From Patescibacteria group bacterium (lineage in GTDB: Bacteria; Patescibacteriota; Patescibacteriia; UBA10025; JAHIVO01): a DNA stretch of 64,000 nucleotides. A program made the translations under genes and the position numbers. The stretch is from assembly GCA_041650915.1 (NCBI GenBank), contig JBAZKE010000005.1, forward strand, positions 11,310-75,309. Direction: 5' to 3'. Positions 17,627-27,744 of this stretch are shown one piece after another; position 1 is the stretch's first letter, and each line of letters begins with the position of its first letter. A model generated the notes under the pieces. It was not told where the DNA came from. It ran no database searches and worked only from the letters and a program-made list of their open reading frames with translations.

Positions 17627-20506
17627 TTAACTCCTTTTTTCCTTTTCAGCGGTTGTGCTCTCCCCGCTGTGCAGCGGAATCAGAACGTTGAACGTTGATC
17701 CCTTTCCAATGCCATCGGACTCAACCCAAATATTGCCTCCGTGCGCTTCGGCGAGCCGCCGCGCAACGTACAGCCCGAGGCCGGACCCGTCGGGGTTGAC
17801 CTGCGCGATGCCGTACCCGCGCACGAACTTCGTGAACAGCTTCTTCGCCTCTTCCGGCTCTATGCCGCGGCCGGTATCCTTAACCGCAAAATGCATATAC
17901 TCGCCGTGCGGTTCGGCGATGAGCGTAACGGACCCCTCGTCAGTGTACTTGATCGCGTTGTCGGTGAAGTTGAGCACGATATCGCCGAGCTTGTCCTTAT
18001 CCGCAAACACAAGCGGAAGCTTTTTCTTCGGTTTGTGAAAAATCAGCTTGAGCTTTTTCTCGTCCGCCGCCTGCTGCACCATCGACATGACCTTGTCGAC
18101 AACCTCCTCAATGTGGACTGGCGTACGGTTGAGTTCGAGCCGCCCTGACTCGATCTTGGACACATTGAGGAACAGGTTGATGATGCGGATCATGCGCTGC
18201 GACTCCTCGAGCAATCCCACGAGTATCTTGTGCTGCTCTTTCGGCACCTTGCCGAAATCACCCTGCAGGATCATTGACAAATAGCCCATAATGCCCGTCA
18301 TCGGCGTCCGGAGCTGGTGTGACGTGATCGATACGAACTCGGATTTAGCCTGGTCGAGCTGCTGCAAATGCTTGTTCGCCTCGCCGAGGTCTTTATTTGA
18401 CCGTTCGAGCTGGCGGTACAGCTCGATGTTCCGCGATACGATGCCGGACTGGTTGGCAAGCGCTTTCATGATAGAGATGTCGGTCGGCTTGATCTGGCCG
18501 GGCTCGTGGGCGAGCAGATAGACAATAGCGCCAACGATTCCCTCTTCCGAATAGATCGGGACGGAAATCACCGTCCGCACCTTGAGCAGCTTCTGCATTT
18601 TCTGTACGATTTCCTCCGGAACGGCTGGCGAGAGAAAGTCGGTAAACTCCGTGCCGATCTGCACCTGGCCTCCCTTAACGGTTTTCACCGTCCTGCTCTT
18701 GCTCGTCGTGTAGTCGCCCCAATACTCGCTCATCGGCTTTGGCAGCAGCCCGAGGGCTTGCTTGATTGGCTGGCTTTGCGTCACCGCATCGGCAAATAGC
18801 CGATGCCGGTCTTTCCCGAGGAAGAGCACGATGCCGCCAATGTACCCGAGCTCGGTCGCGATGCTGTCCGCTATCGTCTGTGTCACTTTATGGAAATCGA
18901 GCGTGCGGGTGATGAGGTTCGTGACGTTCTGCAGCGCTGACAGGAACTTATTCCGCTCCTGGAGCTGCAGATTGGTATTGCGCAGGTCTTCCGTGGAGAT
19001 CGCAACCTCTTTTTTAAGCCGCTCGGTGAACTGCTGGGCTTCTTCATATAACCGCGACTTCTCGAGCGCGGAAGCGAGCTGCGGCCCGATCAGCTTAAGC
19101 AAGTTCAAATCTTCGGAGCCGTACGGATCGCCGGACAGCTTTTGCCCGAGCACCATAATGGCGGTGAGTTCGCTTCCCGTCGTGATCGGCGCGACGATCG
19201 TGGCATCGAGGCCATCGAGCTCTTTTTTCGACTCTTCGAGGCCTTTCCGATCCGCTTCATGCTGCGTATCTTCGATCTTCCGCTCGAGCCCCTCAAGCAC
19301 GACTACCTCCTGCGATGCGCGCATGTACTTCACGAGCGCGCTGTTGTGGCTGATGCGCTGTTTATAATCATGCTGGTCACGTTCCGCGAGTTCAGCCAAA
19401 ATTGCATCGTCAATCTTTTCACCAGTTCCCGGATCGATCCTTCCCCTGCGTTTATAAAAAGCTCCACCCGATGCTCCGGTCAGATAAATGCTCGTATTCT
19501 TTACCTTGAGGTCTTTTTCCAGTTTTCTTGAAAGTGAAAATAAGAGTATATCCAAATCAATTTCGCGATTGATGATTTCGGAAAGATCAGTTAAGAGTTT
19601 TTGGTAGTCAACACGTGCTTTAAAGAAAAGGGTGTCAGTCGCCGCGCCTATCCATTTTTTTAAAGGATCTAATATTAAGACAATAAAAATTGAAACGACC
19701 AGTGCAATTAATAATCTTAGAGGAGTGTTCAATACTGCTTGAGGCAAACTGATTGTCATAACTACCACTGTCGTGGCAATAATAAATACTAGAACAGAAT
19801 AGGTAATAGTGCGTAGCACTACAAAACGAATATCTAATAATCGATGCCTAACAATAGCATAAGACATGAAACCAATCATAAAAACAGAAAAGGATGGACC
19901 GATATTACCAAACTCCACGCTAAAAAATCGAGGCAATATTAAATTTACACTAAAAGCAGAAATGATAAAGAGTATTATTCCCAGAAAAGTATACTTCAAT
20001 TGCAATTTACTCACACCAGATGACTTTCGAAATTTCTTGACAAATAAATACAAGATATATATTACATAGATTGCAGCATATAAAATATAATAATTAACCC
20101 CTGGTCCAAATACATCTCTTGGATCCAAACCTTTAATTACAGCGACACTCGAATCAAGTTTAATTAGAAACGGACTTGTGAAAATCGTGCCTAAAAAAAA
20201 GATTCCTCCCAGAATCAAAATATAAAAGAATACTTTATTTTCTTGCCTATCTCGCCTAGGAAAATTCTTTAAAAAAATTAAAAAAACAATCAAGGCAATA
20301 GTACTAAAAAGGTAAGAAAACTTTACCCAAAGAACATGTTCACCTGATAATCTGGTGATTAGTACCGAACAATTCCACGTGGCAATAAATAACGTTGTCA
20401 ATGCAAACAAACGATTGATAACTGCCCGTTTCCGAGAATAAACAAGGTAGCCAAAAAAAATACTCAATAACGTGGTCAACCCTAAAATGATATTTTCTGG
20501 ATTCAT
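17627..20506 (-). CDS. sensor histidine kinase: N-terminal multi-TM sensor domain, GAF domains, HisKA, HATPase_c
   Basis: 959 aa. About 8 TM helices. H-box SHQLRTPMTGIMGY. G-boxes DTGRGIEPE...GSGLGL. Starts 3 bp after the upstream methyltransferase stop. Confidence 0.85.
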   Translation of the reverse strand: MNPENIILGLTTLLSIFFGYLVYSRKRAVINRLFALTTLFIATWNCSVLITRLSGEHVLWVKFSYLFSTIALIVFLIFLKNFPRRDRQENKVFFYILILGGIFFLGTIFTSPFLIKLDSSVAVIKGLDPRDVFGPGVNYYILYAAIYVIYILYLFVKKFRKSSGVSKLQLKYTFLGIILFIISAFSVNLILPRFFSVEFGNIGPSFSVFMIGFMSYAIVRHRLLDIRFVVLRTITYSVLVFIIATTVVVMTISLPQAVLNTPLRLLIALVVSIFIVLILDPLKKWIGAATDTLFFKARVDYQKLLTDLSEIINREIDLDILLFSLSRKLEKDLKVKNTSIYLTGASGGAFYKRRGRIDPGTGEKIDDAILAELAERDQHDYKQRISHNSALVKYMRASQEVVVLEGLERKIEDTQHEADRKGLEESKKELDGLDATIVAPITTGSELTAIMVLGQKLSGDPYGSEDLNLLKLIGPQLASALEKSRLYEEAQQFTERLKKEVAISTEDLRNTNLQLQERNKFLSALQNVTNLITRTLDFHKVTQTIADSIATELGYIGGIVLFLGKDRHRLFADAVTQSQPIKQALGLLPKPMSEYWGDYTTSKSRTVKTVKGGQVQIGTEFTDFLSPAVPEEIVQKMQKLLKVRTVISVPIYSEEGIVGAIVYLLAHEPGQIKPTDISIMKALANQSGIVSRNIELYRQLERSNKDLGEANKHLQQLDQAKSEFVSITSHQLRTPMTGIMGYLSMILQGDFGKVPKEQHKILVGLLEESQRMIRIINLFLNVSKIESGRLELNRTPVHIEEVVDKVMSMVQQAADEKKLKLIFHKPKKKLPLVFADKDKLGDIVLNFTDNAIKYTDEGSVTLIAEPHGEYMHFAVKDTGRGIEPEEAKKLFTKFVRGYGIAQVNPDGSGLGLYVARRLAEAHGGNIWVESDGIGKGSTFNVLIPLHSGESTTAEKEKRS

Positions 20507-20508
20507 AT

Positions 20509-21219
20509 TTACTCAGCTCTTGCTATAATCAGCTCAAACTGGTCTGAATAGGTGAGGCGGCAATCAATTATATGGAAATTGGTTTTTTCTAAAAGGCACC
20601 TAATATCATTTTGAAAAAAATATCTTAATCGTAAAGAAAAATACCGTCGCTTAATGTTGACGAGAAAGGAAGAAATAATACGAGGATTTCTAATCATCTT
20701 GTTGAGTAACCCGTGCCGTAAATCACTAAAAAATATTTTCAATCTATTCGATCCCTTTCTTGGATAAGTTAAAATAAGTAGTCCCTCTTTTCTTTTCAAT
20801 ATCCGATTAAATTCTCTTAATAACATTTCCGGCGATTGAACATCCCAAATAACGCTCAAGCATACCACGATACTAAAATAATTCTTTTTGAATGGTGTTG
20901 ATGAATCTAAATCGATATTTTGTAAGTGGACCCGCCTACCAAAAAATTTTTTCTCCAAATAACTAATAATCTCAGCTTGGTTATCAATGCCCCAAACTTC
21001 AACATAAGGGAACAAACTTTTAAATCGATCTAGGAAATTTCCAGTCCCAGTGCCCGCGTCAAGTAATCTACTTGCTCTTCTCTTTAAAATGTCACCTCTA
21101 AACTCTCCAATAATCTCGATAATGTCCGACATCATTCGATTATACGAAGGGCTGTTTTGGACAATTAAATCATAGTCGTCTAAATAGCTCGACCAAAAAT
21201 CTTTTTTTTCACTCTTCAC
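20509..21219 (-). CDS. SAM-dependent methyltransferase (class I)
   Basis: 236 aa. The LDAGTGTGNFL glycine-rich motif I. Overlaps the upstream ligase gene by 11 bp. Confidence 0.7.
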   Translation of the reverse strand: MKSEKKDFWSSYLDDYDLIVQNSPSYNRMMSDIIEIIGEFRGDILKRRASRLLDAGTGTGNFLDRFKSLFPYVEVWGIDNQAEIISYLEKKFFGRRVHLQNIDLDSSTPFKKNYFSIVVCLSVIWDVQSPEMLLREFNRILKRKEGLLILTYPRKGSNRLKIFFSDLRHGLLNKMIRNPRIISSFLVNIKRRYFSLRLRYFFQNDIRCLLEKTNFHIIDCRLTYSDQFELIIARAE

Positions 21220-22705
21220 GATTATTTACATACTTATTTTTAATCCCTGAGGACATATTCCCACGAATAAAATCTATAATAATCGGGGTATAATTTATGT
21301 GAGTTACTGCATCTGCAAACTCCCGATTATTTTCCTGGATCTCCTTAGTAATTATTTTTCTAAAATCTTCACGCAAAGATTCCGATCCCTTAATATCCTT
21401 TTTTAATTCTATCAAAATTGAAATTATGGGTTCTTGGTTTTGATTCTCCTTTTTTTCAACAATAAATCTTCCTGTATGATGACGCGCGATGTGTTTGTTG
21501 CTCAAGGCTCCTTTAATATTTTCAATGTATACATTTGCCCCCCTAAAAGTCACCCCTCCGTCACTTCGACCAGCAATCAACAAAAACGGAAACTTCATCA
21601 TCAATTGCAAAGAACCCTCGTAGGTTCCGATAATTTTCTCAATATCGATATCAAACCTCAATAACTCCGTCTTCATTCGCTGAAAAGTTATTACGTCGCC
21701 TAAATCATGGATGTTGTATCTCACCAATGGCGATATCGACCTAGTACTTGCGATGACTTCGTTATTTACAGCCTCAGCAAAAAAATTAATCGGATTATAC
21801 TGAAATAGCATTGGTGTCATATTCGAAAATCTAGAGAAAACCTCGTTTGCCACGGAGTGGTCAGCAAAACAAGCTCTACGAATCTTTATCGAAAGTGGTG
21901 TTTCAAAACCAGTACCTCGACCAAATTCCGTAACGCCATAACTCGATTGAATTCTTTGAATAATATCCCTCTCGTCACTAATTTCTAATAATTGGGCGAG
22001 ATAATCACGAAGTCCCTCAGGAAAGCCTTCTCCTCCGGTATTAATGTATACTTTTATTTTTTTATGAAACCCCAAACGATTCACCTTTTCAATTAAATTT
22101 TTTATAAAGGGGGGGTAACCAGTAATAATAACCTGATCGTAATAAGAAGAGAAAACCTCGAGAATACTAATCACTGTATTTATATCAGGGCCTGGGTTTA
22201 CACTCAAAAGAGAATATCTTTTCTTATACCCAATCTCTTTAATTAAGCGAGACACTTTCTCACCGCTCGGCCAGATACCGAATGCATAGCAATTAATAAA
22301 AAGTGTAGAACGCCTATCTACGTTACCAATAGTACGTAATAAAAACTCAAATTGTTTTCTAGTTTGATAATCTTCCTCCGGAGATCTTAAAAAAAATGTT
22401 GTTGCGCCAGAATAGCCAGAACTTCCTTCTAAAGAATGTGCCCGTTTTATAGCACTCTTAATAGATCTATCGAAAATATTAAACCTACTCAGGTAACTTG
22501 TCTTATCAATAATGGGCAATGCTCGAAATTCCTGGAAGGAATTAATTTTCTTAACCGACGCTCCTTTCTCTTTCAAAAAAATACAATAAGCCGAAACTTC
22601 ATTTATTGTATCATTATAAAGCTTAATAGCATTCTTTATACTATCTCGATGCATATTCCTTATTTTTCTCCTTGCAATAGGAAATAGTAAAGCCTGAAAA
22701 TCCAT
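21209..22705 (-). CDS. adenylate-forming enzyme of the PaaK/coenzyme F390 synthetase-like family
   Basis: 498 aa. GSSGYSGATTFF (P-loop-like), SSYGVTEFG (YGxTE), IAGRSDGGVTFRGANVY (cf. PaaK GRxDDMIIxRGVNVFP). Confidence 0.65.
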   Translation of the reverse strand: MDFQALLFPIARRKIRNMHRDSIKNAIKLYNDTINEVSAYCIFLKEKGASVKKINSFQEFRALPIIDKTSYLSRFNIFDRSIKSAIKRAHSLEGSSGYSGATTFFLRSPEEDYQTRKQFEFLLRTIGNVDRRSTLFINCYAFGIWPSGEKVSRLIKEIGYKKRYSLLSVNPGPDINTVISILEVFSSYYDQVIITGYPPFIKNLIEKVNRLGFHKKIKVYINTGGEGFPEGLRDYLAQLLEISDERDIIQRIQSSYGVTEFGRGTGFETPLSIKIRRACFADHSVANEVFSRFSNMTPMLFQYNPINFFAEAVNNEVIASTRSISPLVRYNIHDLGDVITFQRMKTELLRFDIDIEKIIGTYEGSLQLMMKFPFLLIAGRSDGGVTFRGANVYIENIKGALSNKHIARHHTGRFIVEKKENQNQEPIISILIELKKDIKGSESLREDFRKIITKEIQENNREFADAVTHINYTPIIIDFIRGNMSSGIKNKYVNNREE

Positions 22706-22711
22706 ATTAAG

Positions 22712-23410
22712 TCATAATATTGTTATATTCTTGTGATCATGTCGTAAAAAATGATAAAAAAAGGGATTCAATGTTTTTAACTTTTCATTACTATCGGTAA
22801 TATCATTAATCAAAGTGACAGAAAGACTCTTATCATCGACTCCGTAATATTTGTATGGAAAACTTATAGCACGAAAGCCAAACTGCTTATATCGCTCTCC
22901 ATGCTCTACAGAACATGTAATAACAAAATGAGTAATCCCGTTGTTAATTGCATATATAATTGCTGACTTTATTAAACCCAACGAAACAATTTTATTTCGA
23001 AAATCCTTTTTCACAACAAAACGTGATAACTCTGCATACCTCGCATTATTAGGCATATATTGCTTCACCGTATAATGCTCTTCTGTCAGAACTTGCTTTT
23101 GGTGATTTGGTATGATCCGAATTCCTCCAATTACTTGACTGTGTTGATTTGTGACTACAATTGACGTTGCATACACATCGTATTGGTCTGTCTCCATCTC
23201 GGAAGGATAATCTTCCTTCGGTAAAAATCCCTTCTCTAGACAATAAACTTGATACCTTAATCGGAATAAATATTTTTGCTCATCTTCTTTTGCGATGTGA
23301 AAAGAATACTGTCTCATCCTATAATTAACCACTGGCAGTGAGAATATTAATAGAATTTTCCTTTCAAACCATTTTTGCACATTCATATCACAATTTATAT
23401 CATACCACAA
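22712..23410 (-). CDS. LuxI/FeeM-like N-acyltransferase (autoinducer synthase / N-acyl amino acid synthase fold, GNAT-related)
   Basis: Contains the ...ARYAELSRFVV... motif characteristic of this family, and the N-terminal LFRLRYQVYCLEKGF pattern. The true start is more likely ATG 23317 (MRQYSFHIAKEDEQ..., about 201 aa) than the track's 23410. Confidence 0.5.
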   Translation of the reverse strand: MWYDINCDMNVQKWFERKILLIFSLPVVNYRMRQYSFHIAKEDEQKYLFRLRYQVYCLEKGFLPKEDYPSEMETDQYDVYATSIVVTNQHSQVIGGIRIIPNHQKQVLTEEHYTVKQYMPNNARYAELSRFVVKKDFRNKIVSLGLIKSAIIYAINNGITHFVITCSVEHGERYKQFGFRAISFPYKYYGVDDKSLSVTLINDITDSNEKLKTLNPFFYHFLRHDHKNITIL

Positions 23411-23682
23411 ATTCCTACTTTTTTCAAGTCAGAAAAAACGACAAAACATCAAATACCCTAGTATTTATATGCTCCTCGACTGTGCGAGTTATATTCATAT
23501 GATTTTTCTTTGTATTTTCTGGCGCCTTAATTATAACAAAAACTCACCCTTAAGAAAAGAGGTCTTATTAAAACATCCTTTTTACTTCCTTATCCTCTCA
23601 ACAGCCGGCAAGGCTAAACTCTAATCTTTAAATCCTAAACCCTAAACAATATCAAAATTCAAAATACTAATGTTCTAAACAG

Positions 23683-24042
23683 TTATTTTGATTTTTCCAG
23701 AATTGCCCCAAAAATCTTCATGAGCTCGGTTGATTCCTGGATGAGCTTTTTTCTACTTTCAAATTCTCTCTGGTCAGGTTCAGTAAGTTCTAACCAATAT
23801 CTCCTCTCCTTTGCTTCCTTGCGGCAGATTTTAACGCGCATTATAAAATCCTTCTTGCTTAACGCTTCGTTTGCTTCGATGTAGTTTGCACCGACAGAAC
23901 CTGCTGAACGAACTAACTGTTTTCCAAACTCATAGTGGCTCACGCTCTTTGGTAAGGTTTTGCAGTATCGAGATACACTTCTGGTATAGTTAAGCGTTCT
24001 ATCCTCCAAATCAAACCGTTTTGAATTTTGAATTTCCGTCAT
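23683..24042 (-). CDS. four-helix-bundle protein (23S rRNA intervening-sequence protein family)
   Basis: 119 aa. LVRSAGSVGANYIEANEA.SKKDF..K..IC.KEAKE...WL matches the family signature. Paralog of 26170..26547. Confidence 0.75.
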   Translation of the reverse strand: MTEIQNSKRFDLEDRTLNYTRSVSRYCKTLPKSVSHYEFGKQLVRSAGSVGANYIEANEALSKKDFIMRVKICRKEAKERRYWLELTEPDQREFESRKKLIQESTELMKIFGAILEKSK

Positions 24043-24080
24043 TTGAACTTGTTTAGTATTTCGAAATTAGGATTTAGTAT

Positions 24081-25520
24081 TTAGTGCCTCGTACCAATTC
24101 GTTCCACCGCTTGTTTATACAGCAACGCATTCGCTATTGCATTCGTCATTTGGAACTGAAGTCTGGATAAATACTCCACGTTGTCGGAGGTATATGCCTC
24201 GTTCTTTTTTTTGCGTCCGAACGTGAAAGCGCCGATGAGCTCCCCCTTTTCTCCGATCGGCAACACCATGCTGACCCCCAGCTTTTGTAACGTCGCCTCC
24301 GCATCGAGGAGGAGCTGCTTCTCGCCATTTTCCTCCTCATCAGCCCGGTACGGAATCTCTTCCGTTATCAATACTCCCAGGTGCTCGCGTAAATACTGGA
24401 ATACGGAATCGGTAGGCTCCAGCTCGATGCGCTTATCCTCTTTGTAGTAATTTTCTAGTTTGCCATTCCGTTTATTGAGCCAGATAAATTGAATGTCCTG
24501 CACTTCCAGGAAATCAGCTAACAAAAGTATTACCTTTTTAATCAGCTGGTCAAACTGGACCGAAGACGAGAGTACGATCCGCAGCTTATGCGCCTCTTCC
24601 TGGGCTGATTTTTTCCGTGCGTAGAACACCCTATCAATCATTGTCACTAAAACTCTCCGCAGTGGTTCAACGCTGGTTACAATTATCAATACCAGAATAA
24701 TCGTAGCAGTCTGTTCTTGCCAAGCGTACTGTTCGATCAGTAATCGCTGGAATATTATAAGAAGGTAAATGTATAAAAAAAGTATTATCAATAATGCAAT
24801 AAAATGTACAAACCCTTTGCGGAAAGCGAGTTTGATATCAAGCAAACGGTAACGAAGAATTGCATATGACATCCCAGCCGTCATAAAAATTGTACATAGA
24901 GGTCCGAACAATGATGGCCGTACATCCAGAGAACTAATAAAAAGAGGCCAAATTAAATTTGTGAACACTCCCCCAATAGCACTGATGGCAAAACCAGCAA
25001 TAACATACCTCAATTTTAGCTTTTCAATGGGAAGCGCACTTTTGTACGTTTGAAAAAAATAATAAAATCCGATAAAAAAATAGAGCAGGATATACATGCA
25101 ATAAAATGGGTACCAGGAACCGTAAACGGAACCATTTAAGCCGCCTATAGCATTTTGAACGGACTCTTTAAATACTAGACTTGTTAAACTAAGGCAGCAA
25201 AAAAATATTGGCAGTACTGACAATATAAAATTCTTTTTTATAGGAACTTTTTTCTCCTTTGGAAAATGTAAAACAAAATAAATAAATAAGGGTACAATCA
25301 ACGAAGCAGATACAAATGCTGCTCTACCAGTTATTAATGCCAATTGGCAATCGCTACTAATATTTGAATAATAGCTGCTTCCCACCCAAGCACTCACAAC
25401 AAACGATAAAAAGAAAAAATAAATATTGACCTTCCGCCTCACTCCTTTTAGCAGAACAAACAATCCGAGCGAGATATTCGCCACAACCACAAAAATTGTG
25501 ATAATGCCAAGTAACGTCAT
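24081..25520 (-). CDS. membrane sensor module (multi-TM + GAF) without kinase output; paralog of the histidine-kinase N-terminal half
   Basis: 479 aa. About 8 TM helices ending in ILRYRLLDIKLAFRKG (cf. IVRHRLLDIRFVVLRT in the kinase), then a GAF-like domain. No H-box or ATPase. Confidence 0.65.
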   Translation of the reverse strand: MTLLGIITIFVVVANISLGLFVLLKGVRRKVNIYFFFLSFVVSAWVGSSYYSNISSDCQLALITGRAAFVSASLIVPLFIYFVLHFPKEKKVPIKKNFILSVLPIFFCCLSLTSLVFKESVQNAIGGLNGSVYGSWYPFYCMYILLYFFIGFYYFFQTYKSALPIEKLKLRYVIAGFAISAIGGVFTNLIWPLFISSLDVRPSLFGPLCTIFMTAGMSYAILRYRLLDIKLAFRKGFVHFIALLIILFLYIYLLIIFQRLLIEQYAWQEQTATIILVLIIVTSVEPLRRVLVTMIDRVFYARKKSAQEEAHKLRIVLSSSVQFDQLIKKVILLLADFLEVQDIQFIWLNKRNGKLENYYKEDKRIELEPTDSVFQYLREHLGVLITEEIPYRADEEENGEKQLLLDAEATLQKLGVSMVLPIGEKGELIGAFTFGRKKKNEAYTSDNVEYLSRLQFQMTNAIANALLYKQAVERIGTRH

Positions 25521-26113
25521 TGCTTTCTCCCTTTAAACCCCTCATCCTTACTAATTATCTCTTCCAAAAAATCCCGCAGGAAATCCGCCTTTGTTTTTTT
25601 AACCTTTTTCGACTTCCACTCCAGGTACCGTTCCATGGTCGGCGTGATGCGGAGCGTAAACTTGACCGTCGGCTTTTCCTCGACTCCCCTGCCGGCGCCC
25701 GCCTCACTGAGAAAATCTACCACCTTCTGGTCGAGGTCTTTATTCGTGTACGGCGTCAGCCGGACAAACTCCGGCGCACTCTTCCGGGTCAAGTACCCGT
25801 ATGCGATCTTCTCCGGAGCGCCCTTCTGGTACAGGTACAGGAGCGGCTTTTTCTGCGAGATGGCGTACGCGAGCAAATATCCGATCTCCTGGTCGGGCCT
25901 CGATGCTTCGATGATGATGCAGTCCATCTTGTCGAGCAGGATCTCCCCCGACTCGTTCATCCGCTCGAGGTCTTCCTTCTTGAAATCGGAGTTGTTCTCA
26001 TCGGACGATGCGATGACGAACACGCCGGCAGCGCGCAGCGTCTCGACGATCCGCTTGTAATTCCGGTCGAGTTCGGCCGTAGATATTAATGGTGAGAAAA
26101 AGTATATCCGCAT
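25517..26113 (-). CDS. hypothetical protein, co-operonic with the upstream sensor module (4 bp overlap)
   Basis: A 198-aa ORF. The N-terminal half has an alpha/beta pattern and the C-terminus a short basic helix (KFTLRITPTMERYLEW). No family assignable. Confidence 0.45.
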   Translation of the reverse strand: MRIYFFSPLISTAELDRNYKRIVETLRAAGVFVIASSDENNSDFKKEDLERMNESGEILLDKMDCIIIEASRPDQEIGYLLAYAISQKKPLLYLYQKGAPEKIAYGYLTRKSAPEFVRLTPYTNKDLDQKVVDFLSEAGAGRGVEEKPTVKFTLRITPTMERYLEWKSKKVKKTKADFLRDFLEEIISKDEGFKGRKQ

Positions 26114-26169
26114 GAAAATTTCTAATGAATGAATATCTAATTTCTAGTCAATGAGTACTGTATCAATTA

Positions 26170-26547
26170 CTAATTAACGACTCCTCGATTCGTTGAATGC
26201 ACTATTGCATTGAAAATTAAATTCAGTTCCTTTGCTTCTTGCAGTAGTGGCTGTACTTTTTCTTCTTGAACAGAATCAGCTGCTACAACCATTCGTAACC
26301 AATGTTTTGTTTCACGCGCCTCTTTCTTACAGATTCCGATTTTGTGCTTAAAATCCTTCCTCGATTCAGCATCGTCTGCCTCGCAGTAATTTGCGCCAAC
26401 GCTTGTCGCTGACCGTACGAGTTGAGTAATGAGAGGCCGGGTTACGGAACTCTCCGGGATCTGCCGTGCGAATCCAATAACGGCTCGGCCGAACTTCGCA
26501 GTACGTTCTTCTAAATCAAACTTCTTTGTCATTCCGTCATTGGTCAT
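26170..26547 (-). CDS. four-helix-bundle protein (23S rRNA IVS protein family), paralog
   Basis: 125 aa. LVRSATSVGANYCEADDAESRKDF.HKIGICKKEARETKHWL. Confidence 0.75.
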   Translation of the reverse strand: MTNDGMTKKFDLEERTAKFGRAVIGFARQIPESSVTRPLITQLVRSATSVGANYCEADDAESRKDFKHKIGICKKEARETKHWLRMVVAADSVQEEKVQPLLQEAKELNLIFNAIVHSTNRGVVN

Positions 26548-26586
26548 TGCTGCTTGATTAGATATTAGAAATTACTAATTACTCAT

Positions 26587-27582
26587 TTACAACCCATTAC
26601 TCCACATCATCATGCGGATCTTGCCTACATCCCGCGTCTGCCCCAAAACCCACATGAAGCGGACAAACGCGGTTTCAAACGTCATGTCGTTGACGAGGAT
26701 ATACTCGCGCTTTTTCTTTTTTACGTCCAGGGCAAAGGGGTTGTGCGCGAGAATCGGCACCTTTTTCTTGTACGCACGATCGAGTACCGGCTTGTAGCTC
26801 TCCGGAAACAAATTCGTATTGAAGCTCTTGATAACGATGCCTTTGCACCCCTTTCGCATCATGCTATCCAAGAGCTCCGGCCCTGCGCCCGGGTACAGCT
26901 GCAGCAAACATACCGTATCCTCGACCGAATCAAACAGCTTGGGTTTTTGCTTCGAGCGCTTTTTGGCTGCCTCGTATACCTTGATGCCAAAATCAACCTT
27001 GCCGAGCAATCCGTCCCGATACGCGTCAAAAATGTTGAACGAAGGCGAATCGCTCTTGACCGCCTTGGTCGCCTTGAGGAGGCGGTTGCCGAACATGATC
27101 GCCGCCTCGGCGATGTCCATGGTCGCGACCTGTATCGCGTTGATGAGGTTCGCCTTCACGCCGAGCGTCTTGTAGTTGTGTATGAGGCCGGAGAGGTCCT
27201 GCTTTCCGCTGTCGGTCACCTCGACTGACAGCGGCGATCCGGTGAAGATGACCGGCTTCGGAAGGGGCTGCAGCATGTGGGCTATCATTGCGGATGAGTA
27301 GAGCATCGTATCAATTCCGTGGATAATGACAAAGCCGTCGTACCTCGGCATCCGGTCGAATATTTCGCGGGCGAGCTTTGACCAGAGCTTCGGTTCGATC
27401 TCGGACGCGTCCCCGCCGAAAACGAACACCGGCTCGACATCGGCGATAAGGTTGATTTCCGGCACAGCGGCAATCCACGCCTTCATGTCAGGCGCTTTTT
27501 GAACGGAAATCACCTTCTCCCCTGCAACGAGTGCAGATCCTCCGCAGAACAGCAATGCAATTTTTGACTTTTTTGATGACAT
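26587..27582 (-). CDS. L-asparaginase family protein (type I-like)
   Basis: 331 aa. IALLFCGGS..., and VIIHGIDTMLYSS corresponds to the asparaginase hGTDTM motif. Confidence 0.75.
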   Translation of the reverse strand: MSSKKSKIALLFCGGSALVAGEKVISVQKAPDMKAWIAAVPEINLIADVEPVFVFGGDASEIEPKLWSKLAREIFDRMPRYDGFVIIHGIDTMLYSSAMIAHMLQPLPKPVIFTGSPLSVEVTDSGKQDLSGLIHNYKTLGVKANLINAIQVATMDIAEAAIMFGNRLLKATKAVKSDSPSFNIFDAYRDGLLGKVDFGIKVYEAAKKRSKQKPKLFDSVEDTVCLLQLYPGAGPELLDSMMRKGCKGIVIKSFNTNLFPESYKPVLDRAYKKKVPILAHNPFALDVKKKKREYILVNDMTFETAFVRFMWVLGQTRDVGKIRMMMWSNGL

Positions 27583-27744
27583 TTCTGTTGGTCATTCTGG
27601 GTCCCGCTTTTCGGGACGAAGAATCTTTATGGCGTAATTGAATGACTTTCTTAAATTATTTCACGGTAGGTTTCGAAACTCCCAGCTTACTCCTTCAGAT
27701 GGCTCCTTCCCTGCCTATGGGCAGGCCCACGCGATGTCGGAAAA

